Source: an uncultured Gammaproteobacteria bacterium | GTDB lineage: Bacteria > Patescibacteriota > Patescibacteriia > Patescibacteriales > GWE2-39-37 | Assembly (NCBI GenBank): GCA_964443495.1 | Contig: CAYUCS010000001.1 | Coordinates: 213,496-277,495 of the forward strand | Length of the DNA: 64,000 bases | Reading direction: 5' to 3' | Part shown: one piece after another, positions 63,875 to 64,000 of the stretch | Layout of the letters: every line of letters begins with the position of its first letter | How positions within the stretch are numbered: position 1 is the stretch's first letter | Translations under genes and position numbers: made by a program | Notes under the pieces: model-generated | Databases searched by the model: none | What the model was told of the DNA's origin: nothing | Seen by the model: only the letters and a program-made list of their open reading frames with translations

Positions 63875-64000
63875 ATGCGCAAGTTCGACATAACCGTATT
63901 CTTGGGCAAGGCCGCTTTGCTGGCCGTGCTTTTTTTTCTGTTTATTACCGCTTATTCGGCTGATGCCTCGCGCTTAGCATATGTCAGCGACAAGATCAGC
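63875..64000 (+). CDS. 5' part of a further secreted-protein gene (truncated by the window end)
   Basis: The ATG lies 2 nt after the previous stop. My translation is MRKFDITVFLGKAALLAVLFFLFITAYSADASRLAYVSDKIS..., i.e. a signal peptide followed by a motif resembling the mature N-terminus of the 57413 product (ASDRLSDSDVS). Confidence 0.4.
   Translation, partial: MRKFDITVFLGKAALLAVLFFLFITAYSADASRLAYVSDKIS

Noticed and set aside
1-64000. Alternative genetic code (UGA recoded), as in some candidate-phyla lineages.
   Set aside because: TGA terminates several conserved genes at their expected C-termini (the P1B ATPase at 5055-5057, ligD, DUF72 and the giant ORF). Conserved genes show no in-frame TGA, so the standard bacterial code fits.

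Overview
The window is a 64-kb chromosomal segment, moderately GC-balanced by eye, with about 50 protein genes and one tRNA-Asn(GTT). I found no rRNA, CRISPR array, transposase or integrase. TGA works as an ordinary stop codon.

From left to right:
- rpoD, with its 5' end cut by the window edge.
- An orphan coiled-coil gene.
- tRNA-Asn.
- A His-rich P1B-type metal ATPase.
- A translationally coupled Ku-LigD-DUF72 operon.
- A 650-bp AT-rich intergenic region.
- Small envelope genes and an orphan TAXI-like binding protein.
- A block of small accessory genes: PhnB/VOC-like, DUF1428, DUF1905 and TspO.
- ddh, a secreted clan GH-A-like hydrolase, and greA.
- An FNR-like / ApbE / ferric-reductase-TM cluster that reads like a split NOX.
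- guaB-purA.

The right two thirds are dominated by very large secreted or envelope proteins:
- A 1,395-aa multicopper oxidase coupled to a 1,217-aa Big_2 protein.
- An M23 peptidase.
- A four-repeat secreted protein.
- A lamin-tail-domain protein with a perfect 48-bp tandem repeat.
- Hemerythrin-like and cohesin-like proteins.
- An ABC-F ATPase.

The most interesting region runs from about 45.4 kb to the window end. It contains:
- An HTH/TM protein behind a promoter with duplicated palindromic operators.
- A 3,450-aa giant protein.
- A lipoprotein that is about 15% cysteine, with a heptanucleotide repeat in its signal-peptide codons.
- A separately transcribed protein that shares the giant's C-terminal domain.
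- Three tandem paralogs built like DUF916/DUF3324 anchors.
- A membrane-anchored FGE/SUMF1-domain protein.

I read this locus as a divergent, undescribed counterpart of Firmicute WxL/Csc cell-surface complex loci. All domain calls come from motif recognition by eye and no searches were run. The gene content is compatible with an uncultivated small-genome, monoderm-like lineage (for example CPR/Patescibacteria-like), but the window cannot establish that.
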